Part shown: positions 48,002 to 59,256 of the stretch, piece after piece
Layout of the letters: every line of letters begins with the position of its first letter
How positions within the stretch are numbered: position 1 is the stretch's first letter
NCBI GenBank assembly: GCA_964187785.1
Contig: OZ076409.1
Location: 22,942,001 to 23,006,000 of the forward strand
DNA: 64,000 nt
Direction of reading: 5' to 3'
Source: Amphiscolops sp. MND2022
Lineage: Eukaryota
Notes under the pieces: model-generated
The model's input: the letters and a program-made list of their open reading frames with translations, nothing else
Told to the model about the DNA's origin: nothing
Databases searched by the model: none
Position numbers and translations under genes: made by a program

Positions 48002-51000
48002 ATGAGTTCAACTGAAGCTGAAAATGTTGTCTTGAGTCAAAGTCGGGCCGTCGGATTGAAGGAGAGCGAGGCCGAGGTCGAGTCTGTGGTAGAGCCTGTC
48101 GCGCAAGGTGAGCGGACAGTGGTTGCTTCTGACGAGGTACAAGGTGGAGAGGCTGGGGATGCAGCTAATGAAGAGCCCGTGGGTCCTGGATTTAAAGAGA
48201 AGGGCAGTTCGAGTGAGGACGGTGAAAGCTGCGCTGAGACGGAATCGTACCATTCAGCAACGAGTGACGGTCGTCATGATCTCAACTACCTAGCGGACAA
48301 GAAAGGTAGGCTTTCTAGAAATTAAATGGTGGCCAGCCTTTCTAGGGTTTGTTGAACGCGTTCTTTTACTTCTACTTTCACAGTGACTGATGATGAGCTT
48401 GACGAAGATTATGCCCCTAGTTTGTCTACGAGGTCGCAGAGCAAGAAGAAATCACGGTCCAGTCGGGTGCTTTCAACGAGTAGTGCGAAGCCTTCTAAGC
48501 GTGTGCGTTTGGCTGACGTGATTTCTGGAGCGATTCCCAAGCCTCCTATGATGGGCGACAGTTCTGGGGGAGATTTTGAACCCGCAACAATTTCTGCATC
48601 CAAAACACTTGCAAGTAGGTAATCTTTCTCTTTCTTGTCTCTATGAAGTTTTCTTCGGGTTTTCATTTGTGGTTGTAGGGTCTACATTCCACTTCTGTAT
48701 ACTTCATATTCGCTTTTGTTGTACTTGCCGATCCTTATCCTGGTCTGGGGGATTGCTCCGATCCAGAAAATGATGTGTTTGCTGTTGAGGCTGCAGTTGG
48801 GACGCCGGCCCCAGAAAGCGACGCGTTGTCGGTGTTGCCTGAAGGTCTTTCTCGTCAGACACGGACACAGCACAATCGTCCAGCTGTGGGGCTCGAGCCT
48901 TCAGTGGTCCATAATGAGTGGGAGAGAGGCACAGTTTTTAAGTTTCTGTTGTACAGTGTTGCTCATTGTAGTTATGTCGTAGGTTCGTTGTATTCCGTTA
49001 TGTAGTGTGTCTTGATTTGGTGAATGGGGTTGTTAACGTGTATTGTGATATTTTAGTTGGTCTGAAGTCTGTTCCTCCGGGTTCCCCCATGGTGATGACG
49101 GCAGCTCAATGCGTCATTCTTGCGCGGAGTGCGGCCCGGGCAGAGCGCCGTGAAACTTTAAAGGAGACCAAGACCTTGGCGAAGCGTAAGTAGTAGTGTG
49201 TCTTGTTGATTGTTTTTCCTGTCATCTGATTTCTATTATTTCTGGCTGTATTTTGTATTGTATTGCTTTGTTTATTACTTGCCGACTGTGTCTGTATTCT
49301 TCTGTTCTGCTTGTATTCTGATTGTTGTAAAGGTGTGTGATGTTTAGAATTTGAAGAATTATCACAGTTACTGAAGTCGAGGGGCATCGATGCAGAGGAC
49401 CCTGGTTGGGTCATGGATCCATTGGAGGCCAAGAAGGAAAAGTTGCTGGCGCGAGATGAGGAGCGCCCCAAGAAGCAGTCCGAGCGACATGTATTGACCA
49501 AAGCCATGAGCAATCACCCAATCCCGAAGTTGTTTGTGAGTCGGAGGAGCGACAAAGGGCCGAACGGTTTCAATTGTTCGATCTGTCAAAAGGACGTGTC
49601 CTTTTTATCGCGTGGGCCACGGGGTATCTGGAGACACTTTAAGTGTAAAGGACACTATGCCAAGGATCGCCGTTATCGCTACGATCATGATGAGATGATC
49701 TTTACTGAGAAATTTGATGCCATTCCCGTTGTCGAATTGACGGTGGAACATCGTGCTGAAATTGAGCAGACTCCGCCTGTGGTGTTGGGCAAGATGAACA
49801 AGTTTTTGGAAGACGAAGTTGACGCGCTGGTCAGTGTTCCATCCAACGTGCCTCCGACTACCCTTGTAGGCTGTCTGTTCGAATTGCTGCGGAGTGGTGG
49901 GTCACAGGTGTTTCTCCGTCGTATTTGGAATCAGTTCCGAACGACCCTGCCTGTGGAAAGTCCCTATGCTTCAGTGACCTGGAGCAAGACAGAAACGTTG
50001 GTCGTCCTTGTTCAGACCCTCTATCCTCGGGTGTTACGTCGTGTAAAGTCATGGCTTGGGGACGGCCCATTCAGTTTGGCGTTGCATAGTTCTTACTCCG
50101 GTGTGAAGTGCATCGTCCGTTGCTGCCCCGGTGACTCTTTGCGTGAAGTGCACCTTGTGGATGAAGATCCGAGGGATGTAGCTTGTGGGGCGGAGGTACA
50201 GTGTCTGGCCCGTGCTCTGTCGCTAGTCTCAACTCGGCGGGGGCCCGCTGCTATTCTGGGTTGCTCTCCTGTGCTTTTTAACGCCTATGTGGACTGGTGT
50301 CGCTCAGTGGGTCGGCCTTCTCCTATCGTGGCTATTTCGTTTACTGGAGATGTATTGCGTCGACTTGTAGGTGAATCCAGCTTGGCGTGTGTGGGTGCAG
50401 TCGATCCTTTTGCTACTGTAGATTACCTGGCTCACCGTCTCATGAGGATCCGCAGTCAGGCGTGGTTGCTGGATCTGCCCAAATTCCGCATGTGTCTGGA
50501 AACTGGAGTCGTGCCCTTCGCCTCATTGTGTGATGTGCTGCAAGAATTGTTAGATCACTGGCCTGATGTGAAGCTCAGTTTGTCAAATGACGTTTTCGTG
50601 ATGAAGAAGGTTGCGAATGTTGTGGACCTAGATTCCTTGCTTTGTTCTGATCGCTTGGGTCTCCCTCGCTTGTCGCTATTACATGTGGTGTTGCTGTGCT
50701 TTCGCGCCAACTTCAAGAGACTGTTTGACTCTGGTGCAAAGGATTATGCCTGTAGGAACTATTCCGACTTTTGCTTCTTCTATTGGAGCCTTTTAAGTGA
50801 GCCAGGTGTTCTAAAGGCATTGCGGGGTTTCGAGGACACTCCCCGGCGGGCCTTCCTTCGCGAATGCCAGAGCTATTTGTTGGAATTGTTGAAGCAGTTG
50901 GGGTCTTCTGCCTATGCCAGTTCTCGGGTCGCCCGTTCCCTTAGTTGTCTTAGCGTGGACATGCTCTTGGGTGGCGATGCTGATTATGTAGTGGAATTAT

Positions 51001-51695
51001 TTCAAGAACTGGTTACATGTCTTCAAGAAGCTGGCTACCTTGATAATGTGGATCGCGAGTCGTCGGTGAATGAGTTTAAGTCACTAGTAAAGGATCTTCG
51101 TCAGTTATCAGCAGATTCATCGCAGATTGTTGATGTGTTTGAGTATTTGGAGTCTGTGCATAGCTACCAGTGTCGGATACATGTGAAAGAAGTCGTTCAT
51201 TTGGTTCGTGTTGTTGTGTGTCCTGCTCCTGAGCCCATGCCTCCGGTCGATGTTTCATTCAGTGGGACTCAATTGCCTCCTTCTGTTATCCGTTCCGGTC
51301 TGTATGCAGTTCAGTCATTCGTGGTTCATCCGAAATTTATGTCGAACGATTTGTTGACTGTGGAGTGTCTCGCTGAATTGAAAGCTAACTTGCCCGTTGG
51401 ACATCAATTTTTAGCGCGCAGTTCATTTGATCCTTGGGCTGGGGTCAGTCGCCATTCCAGTGAGGAGATTTTTGCAAGCCTGTTTGGCTGTTATACTGCA
51501 TACTATAATGGACAAGTTGAGGAGTGGAGGATACGGACGTCAGGTCAGTCGGCTCGTCGAGGATGCTCTGGTTCCATTGTTGCTGATGGCGCCTCGTCCA
51601 CTGCTGTTGCTGAGAGTGGATCCGATGTTCCTGGGACGTCTTCTCAAAGTCAGAAAGGGAGTAAGAAGAGTCAGAAGCACGGGAAATCTTGCTGA
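48002..51695 (+). CDS. Antisense spliced BED/hAT-like gene of element B (5' exons partly uncertain; last exon 49348-51695)
   Basis: Phase-compatible GT-AG introns 48306-48383 and 49186-49347; acceptor at 47990 before the ATG; FNCSICQKDVSF..GIWRHFKCKGH BED motif; 760-aa open frame. Confidence 0.85.
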
Positions 51696-52029
51696 ACTTT
51701 TGTTGTTGATTGATTTTGTTGATGAACTTTTGATTGTATTTATATTGTATTTACTATTTTGTTGAACCCATTATTGTTCTCTTGTTATTCCTGGGGTTCC
51801 GCGTGTCGGTTCCTTTCAATCATCAAAAGAATTGAAGAATAATGCTCCTGCTGTAGGGGGTAAGATAGAAAAGCTCAGTTGAGTATAGGGCTTGTCAATT
51901 TAGCATTTAGCCTCTGAATTGTTTTCATCCAAGTCGTAGAGTACAGTAGAGTGAGTGAAAGCCATTGTAATTTGAAGAGATTTGAAGTCAGGTCAAAGGA
52001 TTGTGGTCCAGGCCAGTGCCTGGGCCTGA

Positions 52030-55000
52030 TTAACTTTCTGATCTCGGACTGCCGTCTGGGCCGCGGTCCGTCAAAACCTGTAATTCTGGGCCGTTGTCCA
52101 GTCCGTCGGAAGAATATGCCAAGTTTGTTGAATTGGCTGTTAGGGCAATGTAATAGGCATAATCTGGTTTCCAATTTGACGTCGGGTTATTTCGAAGGTT
52201 GTAGTGGGATTTCCGGGGGGATTGAGGTGCGGGTGTATTATTTTCGGGTTCATCATCGGTATCGATTAGTGGGTCCTGTGTCTGGTCACTTGGGTGGTTA
52301 GGAATGATTTCGGGGTCGTATACTAGGTTAGGGCTTGGGGAGCCGGGGTCATTGATTGTTTCTGGGGTTGGTTGGATCACTTCAGGTTCGGGTAATTGTT
52401 TGTTTTCGGGTTGGTTAGGGCATTCTTTGTAAAGTTCTTCCCACGCCATTGCGAAGAGGTCGTCGTGCTGTATGGCTACCTCTGTATCCTGCTGGAAGTC
52501 CTTGGGTGGGACTGTAATGTCAGGCAGCTTGTGGCTGCTTGCGAAGGGGCGTAGCCTGATTCTGTGCAGGATCTGTGTGAAATTCGTATGGAGTTTGCGT
52601 ATAAGATAGTTGTTGTTGGGTAGGGTTTTGACCACGATATATGGTCCCGTCCAAAGGTATTCCCGAAACGGCAATTTCGTCGCTTGGCTATGCGCCTTTG
52701 GATGCAAAGCATAGCAGTAGTCGTTTACTACCAAGGGGTGTGCTGATGCTTTCCGGTCATAATAACGCTTATGTCGGACGTAGGCTTGCATCAGGGCTTG
52801 TTGGCTCTGGTTGAGGATTTCTTGTGTTTGTTGTAACACTCCCTCAGCTATTTCGTGGTTGGTTGGGGCAGTGGCCTGGGGTTTAAGGCCGTACTTTAGG
52901 TCGAGTACGTTGTATGGCACTCTTCCATGGAAAACTCGGCTGGGTTCGCAGCCTAATGATGTGTGGTAGGAAGTGTTGTAATTTAAGACTGCCATTGGTA
53001 AGAATTGGTGCCACATCGTTCGCCTCTCTCCTGTCATGATTTTTAGGCTTTCTTTGAGCGAGGCGTGTGTCCTTTCTAGGATGCCTATCGTCTGGGCATG
53101 TTTGGTGGTGGCATGTTTCAGTTGGATTCCGAGAATGGCTGTTGTTTGTTGCATTGCCTCCGATATGAACTGGGATCCTTTGTCCGTGATTATCGTTGTG
53201 GGGAGATAGCAGTGTCTTGTGATGATATCTGTAAGGACCCGTGTGACAGTCTTGGTGTCGATTCTGGCGACGCTATACGCGAATAGATAACGGGAGAATA
53301 CATCCATCGCTGTGATGACTGCAGTGTATCCTCCCGAAGGGTCGTCGAAGGGGACGATGTCCATTTGTAGTGCGTCTTCTGGGCCCATTTCTATTTTGGA
53401 CATGTCGATGAGCGGGGGTGTAATGTTGGCATTTGGTATCCTTTTCGTCTGAGCGCATTCTGGGCATTGTGCAATGTGGGTGGCTATTCGGGCGGCTAGC
53501 CCCGGGAAGTAGTACTTTTCGCGGCATTGCTGGATGGTTTTAGCTATACCTGGATGTTTCCCGAATTTGCCATGATGGTGTTGTATGAATTCATCAACCA
53601 GTTGATGGGGGAGTAGTACTTGCAAGTACTTGACTTTCCCTGTATCGCCAAAATATTGTCGATACAGGAGTCCATCTTTTATGATGATGCGGTCATCTTG
53701 TGTGAGGTATTTGGCCGCTCTGGGGTCGTCGTTCAGAAGTTGGGTGTCGTACGGTTCTTTTAGGATTTTCAGTTTGAGGTTTCTGAGGACGGGGTCCTGG
53801 TCTTGGTACGGTCTCAGACTGCGCGGGAAGCTTGTGTCACTGTGAAGTTGGCGCCGCTGTTCTTGCTCTGGGTCTTGGATGTTATTGCAGACCAAGGGTA
53901 GATTCTCGGGTTGGGAGATGGTTTGGGCAGTTTCACTCTTGGGGTCGGAGTTCTGTTCATGGGGTGTGTAGATCTGTTTTCTGGCTTGTTGTTTACGCTC
54001 CCAAATGTCTTCTTCGGTCTCAGTGTCGTCCTCTGGTAAAAAATAGAACTGATTTTCTTCATGGATGTCGGAGGATTGTATGTTTACCTGGATCGGCGTT
54101 GTTTGAATGTCTTCTCTGATTTGGAGAAGGACTTTTTCTTTGGGGCTAATGTCTAATCGGGAGAGGAAATCGGCTGCTGTATTCACCCTTCCCGGCACAT
54201 GGGCGATTTTAAAGTGAAATTGCAGTACAAAATCGCAGGCATTCCAGAGGGAGGGTGGTATCATCTTGGTTTGAAAAAACCTGGTGACTGATTTATTGTC
54301 GGTTAAGACAAGGGTCGGTTTGGATGAACCCCACAAGATGTGACTATATTCCATAAAAGCGAAATAGATGACTAAAAATTCTTTGGCATAGATTGACATC
54401 TTCAACTGGGATGGTGAAAAAGTTTTAGAGCCAAATGCCACTGGAGCGTAAGTGTTCCTGGTGGATGTGATCTTTTGCTCCGGGTCTTCTTCAGTCATCA
54501 AGGCATATCCGGCATTCCTGAAGCTTGCGTCTGTCATTAGTACGTACTGCCGGTTTGGCAGTGACTGTTTGAGCCAAAGGCCGCATGCGTTTTCTAACGA
54601 TTTGTTGATAGCTTCGAAAATGGATATGAGTTCCTGATCTATCTTTACTGGCTTGTCTGATTTGATGAGTTCATGAAATGGGGCGATCTTTTCTGATAAT
54701 CGGGAAATGTAGTTTCTGTAGTAGTTTACAAAGCCGATGTATCTTTGAAGTCCCTTCTTCGTCCGGGGGAATTTGATGGTCTGAAGGTGTTTCTGGATCT
54801 TGTGGCTTTGGGGTGCCACCCCTGCTGGGGAAATTGTTCGCCCAAGGAATTCGACTTCCTTGGCGCCGAACTGACATTTGGCCATGAAGAGCTGGAGTCC
54901 TGCTGCGCGGATGCATTGGAAAACCTCTCTCAAGTTGTTCTTTAACTCCTCGGGAGTGTTGGTGGCGATTCCAATGTCATCCACGTACTGAGCGCATTTG

Positions 55001-57766
55001 CCCGCCTTTATGGCCTTGTCGAGGTATTCCCTCATGAAACTTGAAAAGGACGACAATGAGCGGCTCAGGCCTTGGGCTGCTGGCGAAGTTGAATGCTAGA
55101 AGTTGAACGGACTTCTGGTCTGCCATTTGCAGCACGTGGTAGGCTTGTGAACAATCAAGCTTGCAAAACAACTTCCTACCGGCGAGGTGTTGCGCCGCGT
55201 CTGTTAGTGTGCTCACTGGATGATTGTTGTTAATGTAATCATCAGATATCAGATTGTTGATTTTTCTGAGGTCGACTAGTAGGCGCAGGCGGCCGTTTGG
55301 CTTCCGTTGGGCGAAAATGGGGCTGGCATACTTGCTGAACGTGAGCGTGGTTTTAATCCCGAAGTAATGCATTAGGGCCAATTCGACCGTCAGATCTTCT
55401 TTCAGGTTAATGGGGCAGGGCAAACTCTGTGAGTAGACGGGGTCGTCTGTTTTCGGTGTGAGTTTGATTTTGAAATCATGGTTGATTCCAATGTCCAGTC
55501 GATGCCTTGCAAAGATGTAGTTGAACTCTATGAGTATTTCTTCGATGTCTTTCTTGTCATCTTCGGAGAGTTGTGAATCGTCCCATTTGAAGTTTTGGAG
55601 GAATGTTTTTCGTTCCTCTTCGCTGTTGTTTGGGTCGAGTTTCTGGATTTCTTCCAGTTCTTTGATTTCTCGGAGAATTCGGTTCTGGATCGGGGTGTGG
55701 GTAGCAGGGTCTCCGGGGTGGTCTGGTGTGGGAAACCAAAAGTTTTGATTGTGAGATGGTTTTTCTGGGGTTTTCAGGAGCTCGTTGATGTATACCATCG
55801 CATCTTCGGAGTCGTCTTCGGCGAGCACTTTGAGTGCTGCTGTGTTGAGTGGTTTGAGTTCTTTTGCCTCTTCGGGGGACAGGATTTTGAATTCTGCTAT
55901 TGTTGTGTTTCGTATGATGGTATAGGGTGTAGGGGTGGTATTTGTTACTCTGATGTCGATTTTTCGGTTTGAGGCTGTTGAGATTGAACTGGCTACCACG
56001 AGGGGGTCGCCACTGCAGTGGTTGGTGGCTGGGTTGATGACACCGGTTGTGTCGACGTTGGATGGTATATCTGTGGAGCCTGTTACTGTTTGTGTCGTTT
56101 CAGGGGGAATAGTGAGTGGATTCTTTATTTGTACTTTGTACAGTTTCCTGTTAAGGGTATATTCATCGGTTTCGATTGAATATGTGAGGTGGGGGAAGTG
56201 TAGCAGGCCCTGGCTCACGTCCAGGATGGCGCTGGTATTTTTAAGGAACGTGAGGCCAAGTATTGGGCCTGTCAGTCGTTTGGCTACGATAAATGTTTCC
56301 TTAAAGTTCCAGTCTCCGATTTCGAATTGGAGGATGATTGTTTTGGTGGGCGTTTCAATGTCGCCATTTGCGACTTGGAGTTTGAAAGGGGTGGTTCCAA
56401 CTCTTTAACTATGTCTTTGGGGGACATTTGGAGGATTTTATTGTAATCGGTTTCGGAGATGCAGTTTACAAGGGCGCCAGAGTCAATAAGGGCGTCCAGG
56501 GTCAAGTCCTGGAAGTCCATGGGGGCGAAGAGCATTTTGTTCTTCTTTTTGAGGGATACTGCTGAAAAGATTGGTATGCACTCTTCTTTTGTTATGGGGT
56601 CTCTCGTGAGGTATTCCGCAATCTGGGCCAGGGGGTAGGACTGGGGTTCGTCCTGGGGTGGTATGTCGTTTACAACACCGGTGGGGGATCCAGATTGTGT
56701 AATAGTTGCGGCAGGGTTGAGGGGTCGAGGCTCCTCGACTTCGTTTCCGGTCTGCCTACTGGAGAGAGAGTTGGGAACGTTGATTTCTCTGACTGGACTT
56801 TTGTTGTTCCTCTGATTTTCTGCAGTCTGCTCAGGGGGGGTAGGACCTGGGAACGTCCTGTTGCGGTGTGCCGTTTGCAGCACCTGATGGGAATTCAGAC
56901 TGCATGTTGGTTGCGTCAGCTATGATGTGTCGATCGGTGTCGATTTCATCTTCTAGCTGACTATTGAGGATAGTGGGTGAGAGCTGTGTCTCGTATTGAA
57001 CGGAGGGTTCTAGGAGAAGGGATCTCTTTTTTCGTTTGGTTTTTGGTTTGGAGATGTTTGTCGCCGAATTGGGTGTAGGTGGGGCCAGGTCCACGGCTTC
57101 GATCGTGGTCCTGTCGGTGAGGTTTCTATGTTGGTGGCTGTCTGGTGCCACGTCCATTGTTGGGGATCGTATGATACCGGCTCTGATAGGGTTTATTGGC
57201 TGGTCTTTTGGTGGAGAATGGGGAGCCGTGGTATAGGATCCCTGGTTCTTGAGTATAGGTTTGACGTTGTTCTGTGAGATATCAACTAGGATTTCTGTCA
57301 CGTGTTCGGCGTCCTGGTTGTAGTCTGGGATAGGTTGAACGGTTTTGGACCTGTGACGTGGTTCGGTGGAAATATTCATCCCTGTTTTTCTGATGTACTC
57401 TTCAAATGGCGTGCATTCCTGCTGTTTGAACGTTAGGGTCGTCTTGTCATACAGTTGAGGGTTGTAGTATGGGTCGCAGTTGAAGTCAGAGTCGTGGAAG
57501 TAGGTTTCAGGGGAAGTGCTTTCTGTTAGGGGTCGTTTAGGAGTATTGTAAGCAGTCGGGTTGTCTAGGTACCACTGAGGATAGTCTTTCTTCGCAGTGT
57601 TTTGGCGATTATATTTGTGGAGCTTGTGAATCTGCCATCTTCGCTGCCAGTCGAGAGATGGTTCTTCATGTCGCTCGGTGTTCCTTTCGTAGTCATAGGA
57701 GTTTGGGGGTTCGGATGTTGTGTACTGTCGGGTTTCGACAGTGTCCCCAAATCGAAGATGTGGCAT
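52030..57766 (-). CDS. pol: pol of element B: unknown domain, aspartic protease, dUTPase-like spacer, RT, RNase H, integrase, GPY/F; three frame disruptions
   Basis: LIDSGA; LDCSQAY; YVDD; MTDAS/KEFL/TDNKS; HHGKFGKHPG..CPEC; MDIV/TDKGSQF/ILER; WTGPY. Breaks near 56835, 56390 and 55078. Confidence 0.95.
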
Positions 57767-57768
57767 AT

Positions 57769-59256
57769 TTAGTTTTTTGATTGGCTGAGCTCCTGGGTTT
57801 GGTTTTGAGGTTGAGTGGTCTGCGGGAGCATGGGTTGGTAGCCCGTTTGGCTATTCGTTTGGTTGTTATATGGGTGTTGATGTACTGGTGTGTTGTCTGG
57901 GGGGTACTGACCTTGTGTATTCTGTGGCAGCGGGATGTTATTCGGTGAAGTTGCTTTAGGGGTCTTCCACCATTGGGGTCTGTTTGCCCAGTTGGCGCCA
58001 GAATAACATTCCTGTGTCGTATGGCTCTTTTTGCCGCAGGTTTCACATGGGTTTGTTATTTTAGTCGGTGCCCTATTGCCTCGGTTGCGGGCTTCTCGAG
58101 CAGTTTTCCGGCAGTTCTTTATTACATGGCCTGGGTAGCCACATCCGAAACACGGGCCTGCTGGTTTGGGCGGATTGGCGGTTTGTTGTGGGGCATCTTG
58201 TACATCGATTTGGTGTACTCCTGTTATGTTGGTTTCGCTTGGGGCCAGGAGTCCGTTTAACTCCATTTCACGCTCCAGGTGTTGGACCATCAGTTCGTAC
58301 GACTCTGTCTCTAGTCTTGCCTGGTTAAGGACTGGTTTTAAGTGCGCTGGCATTTTTGCAAAGAATGAGGTTTCTATGAACTTTGGGGCGTCGTCGCCAT
58401 ATGCCTCTTGTGCCAATTTCTGGTATTGCTCCAGGAAGTCTTGGAAGGTTTGGCGAGTTGGGTCGAAGTAAAGCTGTTCCCACTTACATCTTGCGGTGGC
58501 TATAGATTGTGGGCGAACGTATCGTCTTCGGAATGTGGTAATGATGTCGTCTAAACTGGCGCGGTTTGCGTCTGTCATATTGCGATACGTCTGTAGGGCA
58601 TCGCCTCTCAGGAGGGAGTGGAAGTAGTGAATTTGCTCTTCCTCTGAGATATTTGGATATACTTTGAGGCTCGTCATAAACAGGTCCTCGAAGTGCTCGA
58701 ATTTGTCATTGCGGCCATCAAATGTGGGCATGGTTGTTGAGAGTGCCTTCGGGAGTCTGGGCAGTCCCGCGCTCTGTTGTGTGGCATTCTTCAGGGATTC
58801 GAGCAATTTGTTCACGATATCGTCTGGATATCTCATGTTGGGCGGGGGTAGACTTGATGATCGGGTGGGTATGTCCTGGGTTGTGGTAACTCCTGTCACC
58901 ATGTGATGACCGTGATTCGGGAGTAAATCACTTGGTTCAACCGATCTATACCTATAATCCGTGTTTCCTGCGTCCTCGTCATCGGGGTCATGACGCACGT
59001 TGTTAGGTGGTTTTTCTGCCAGTGTATCAATTTTAGAAGTCAGGTTCTCTATCATCTTCAGAATCTCGCGCTGTCCGACTTCTGCGTCTTTGATTCTTTT
59101 ACTTACAGACTTTTCTATCTTTTCAGATAATTCCGTAAAATCTCTATCAGACAAACTAGGAGCGTTTTCAGTACTCATGCTAGAAGATTCAGGTTCGTCT
59201 AAGGAGTTCACAGGGGAATCCCTTCTGGCTTTTCTTTTGGAGCTACGTTCTGGCAT
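57769..59256 (-). CDS. gag: Gag of element B (495 aa), initiating inside the 5' LTR
   Basis: MPTFDG..LRGDALQ capsid-like region; two CCHC knuckles (CFGCGYPGHVIKNC, CETCGKKSHTTQEC). Confidence 0.95.
   Translation of the reverse strand: MPERSSKRKARRDSPVNSLDEPESSSMSTENAPSLSDRDFTELSEKIEKSVSKRIKDAEVGQREILKMIENLTSKIDTLAEKPPNNVRHDPDDEDAGNTDYRYRSVEPSDLLPNHGHHMVTGVTTTQDIPTRSSSLPPPNMRYPDDIVNKLLESLKNATQQSAGLPRLPKALSTTMPTFDGRNDKFEHFEDLFMTSLKVYPNISEEEQIHYFHSLLRGDALQTYRNMTDANRASLDDIITTFRRRYVRPQSIATARCKWEQLYFDPTRQTFQDFLEQYQKLAQEAYGDDAPKFIETSFFAKMPAHLKPVLNQARLETESYELMVQHLEREMELNGLLAPSETNITGVHQIDVQDAPQQTANPPKPAGPCFGCGYPGHVIKNCRKTAREARNRGNRAPTKITNPCETCGKKSHTTQECYSGANWANRPQWWKTPKATSPNNIPLPQNTQGQYPPDNTPVHQHPYNNQTNSQTGYQPMLPQTTQPQNQTQELSQSKN
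57772..57778 (-). promoter_or_regulatory. -1 ribosomal frameshift slippery site A AAA AAC at the gag/pol junction
   Basis: TCA AAA AAC TAA; the -1 frame continues L-N-M-P-H-L-R-F into ORF 56831-57766. The same heptamer plus stop occurs in A at 32936-32942. Confidence 0.8.
58888..58901 (-). other. Primer-binding site of element B (TGGTGACAGGAGTT; tRNA-Leu-like, identity tentative)
   Basis: TGG directly follows the LTR's CA and resembles the Leu-type PBS TGGTGTCAGGAGT; it also encodes Gag M-V-T-G-V. Confidence 0.7.

Noticed and set aside
49413..51695. Reading the post-pol ORF as env
   Set aside because: It is antisense, has a BED finger, and shows no signal peptide or C-terminal transmembrane anchor.
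56831..56883. Second programmed frameshift in B pol
   Set aside because: It falls in a C7 run, and A's equivalent region is one continuous frame to the protease; more likely an indel or assembly error.
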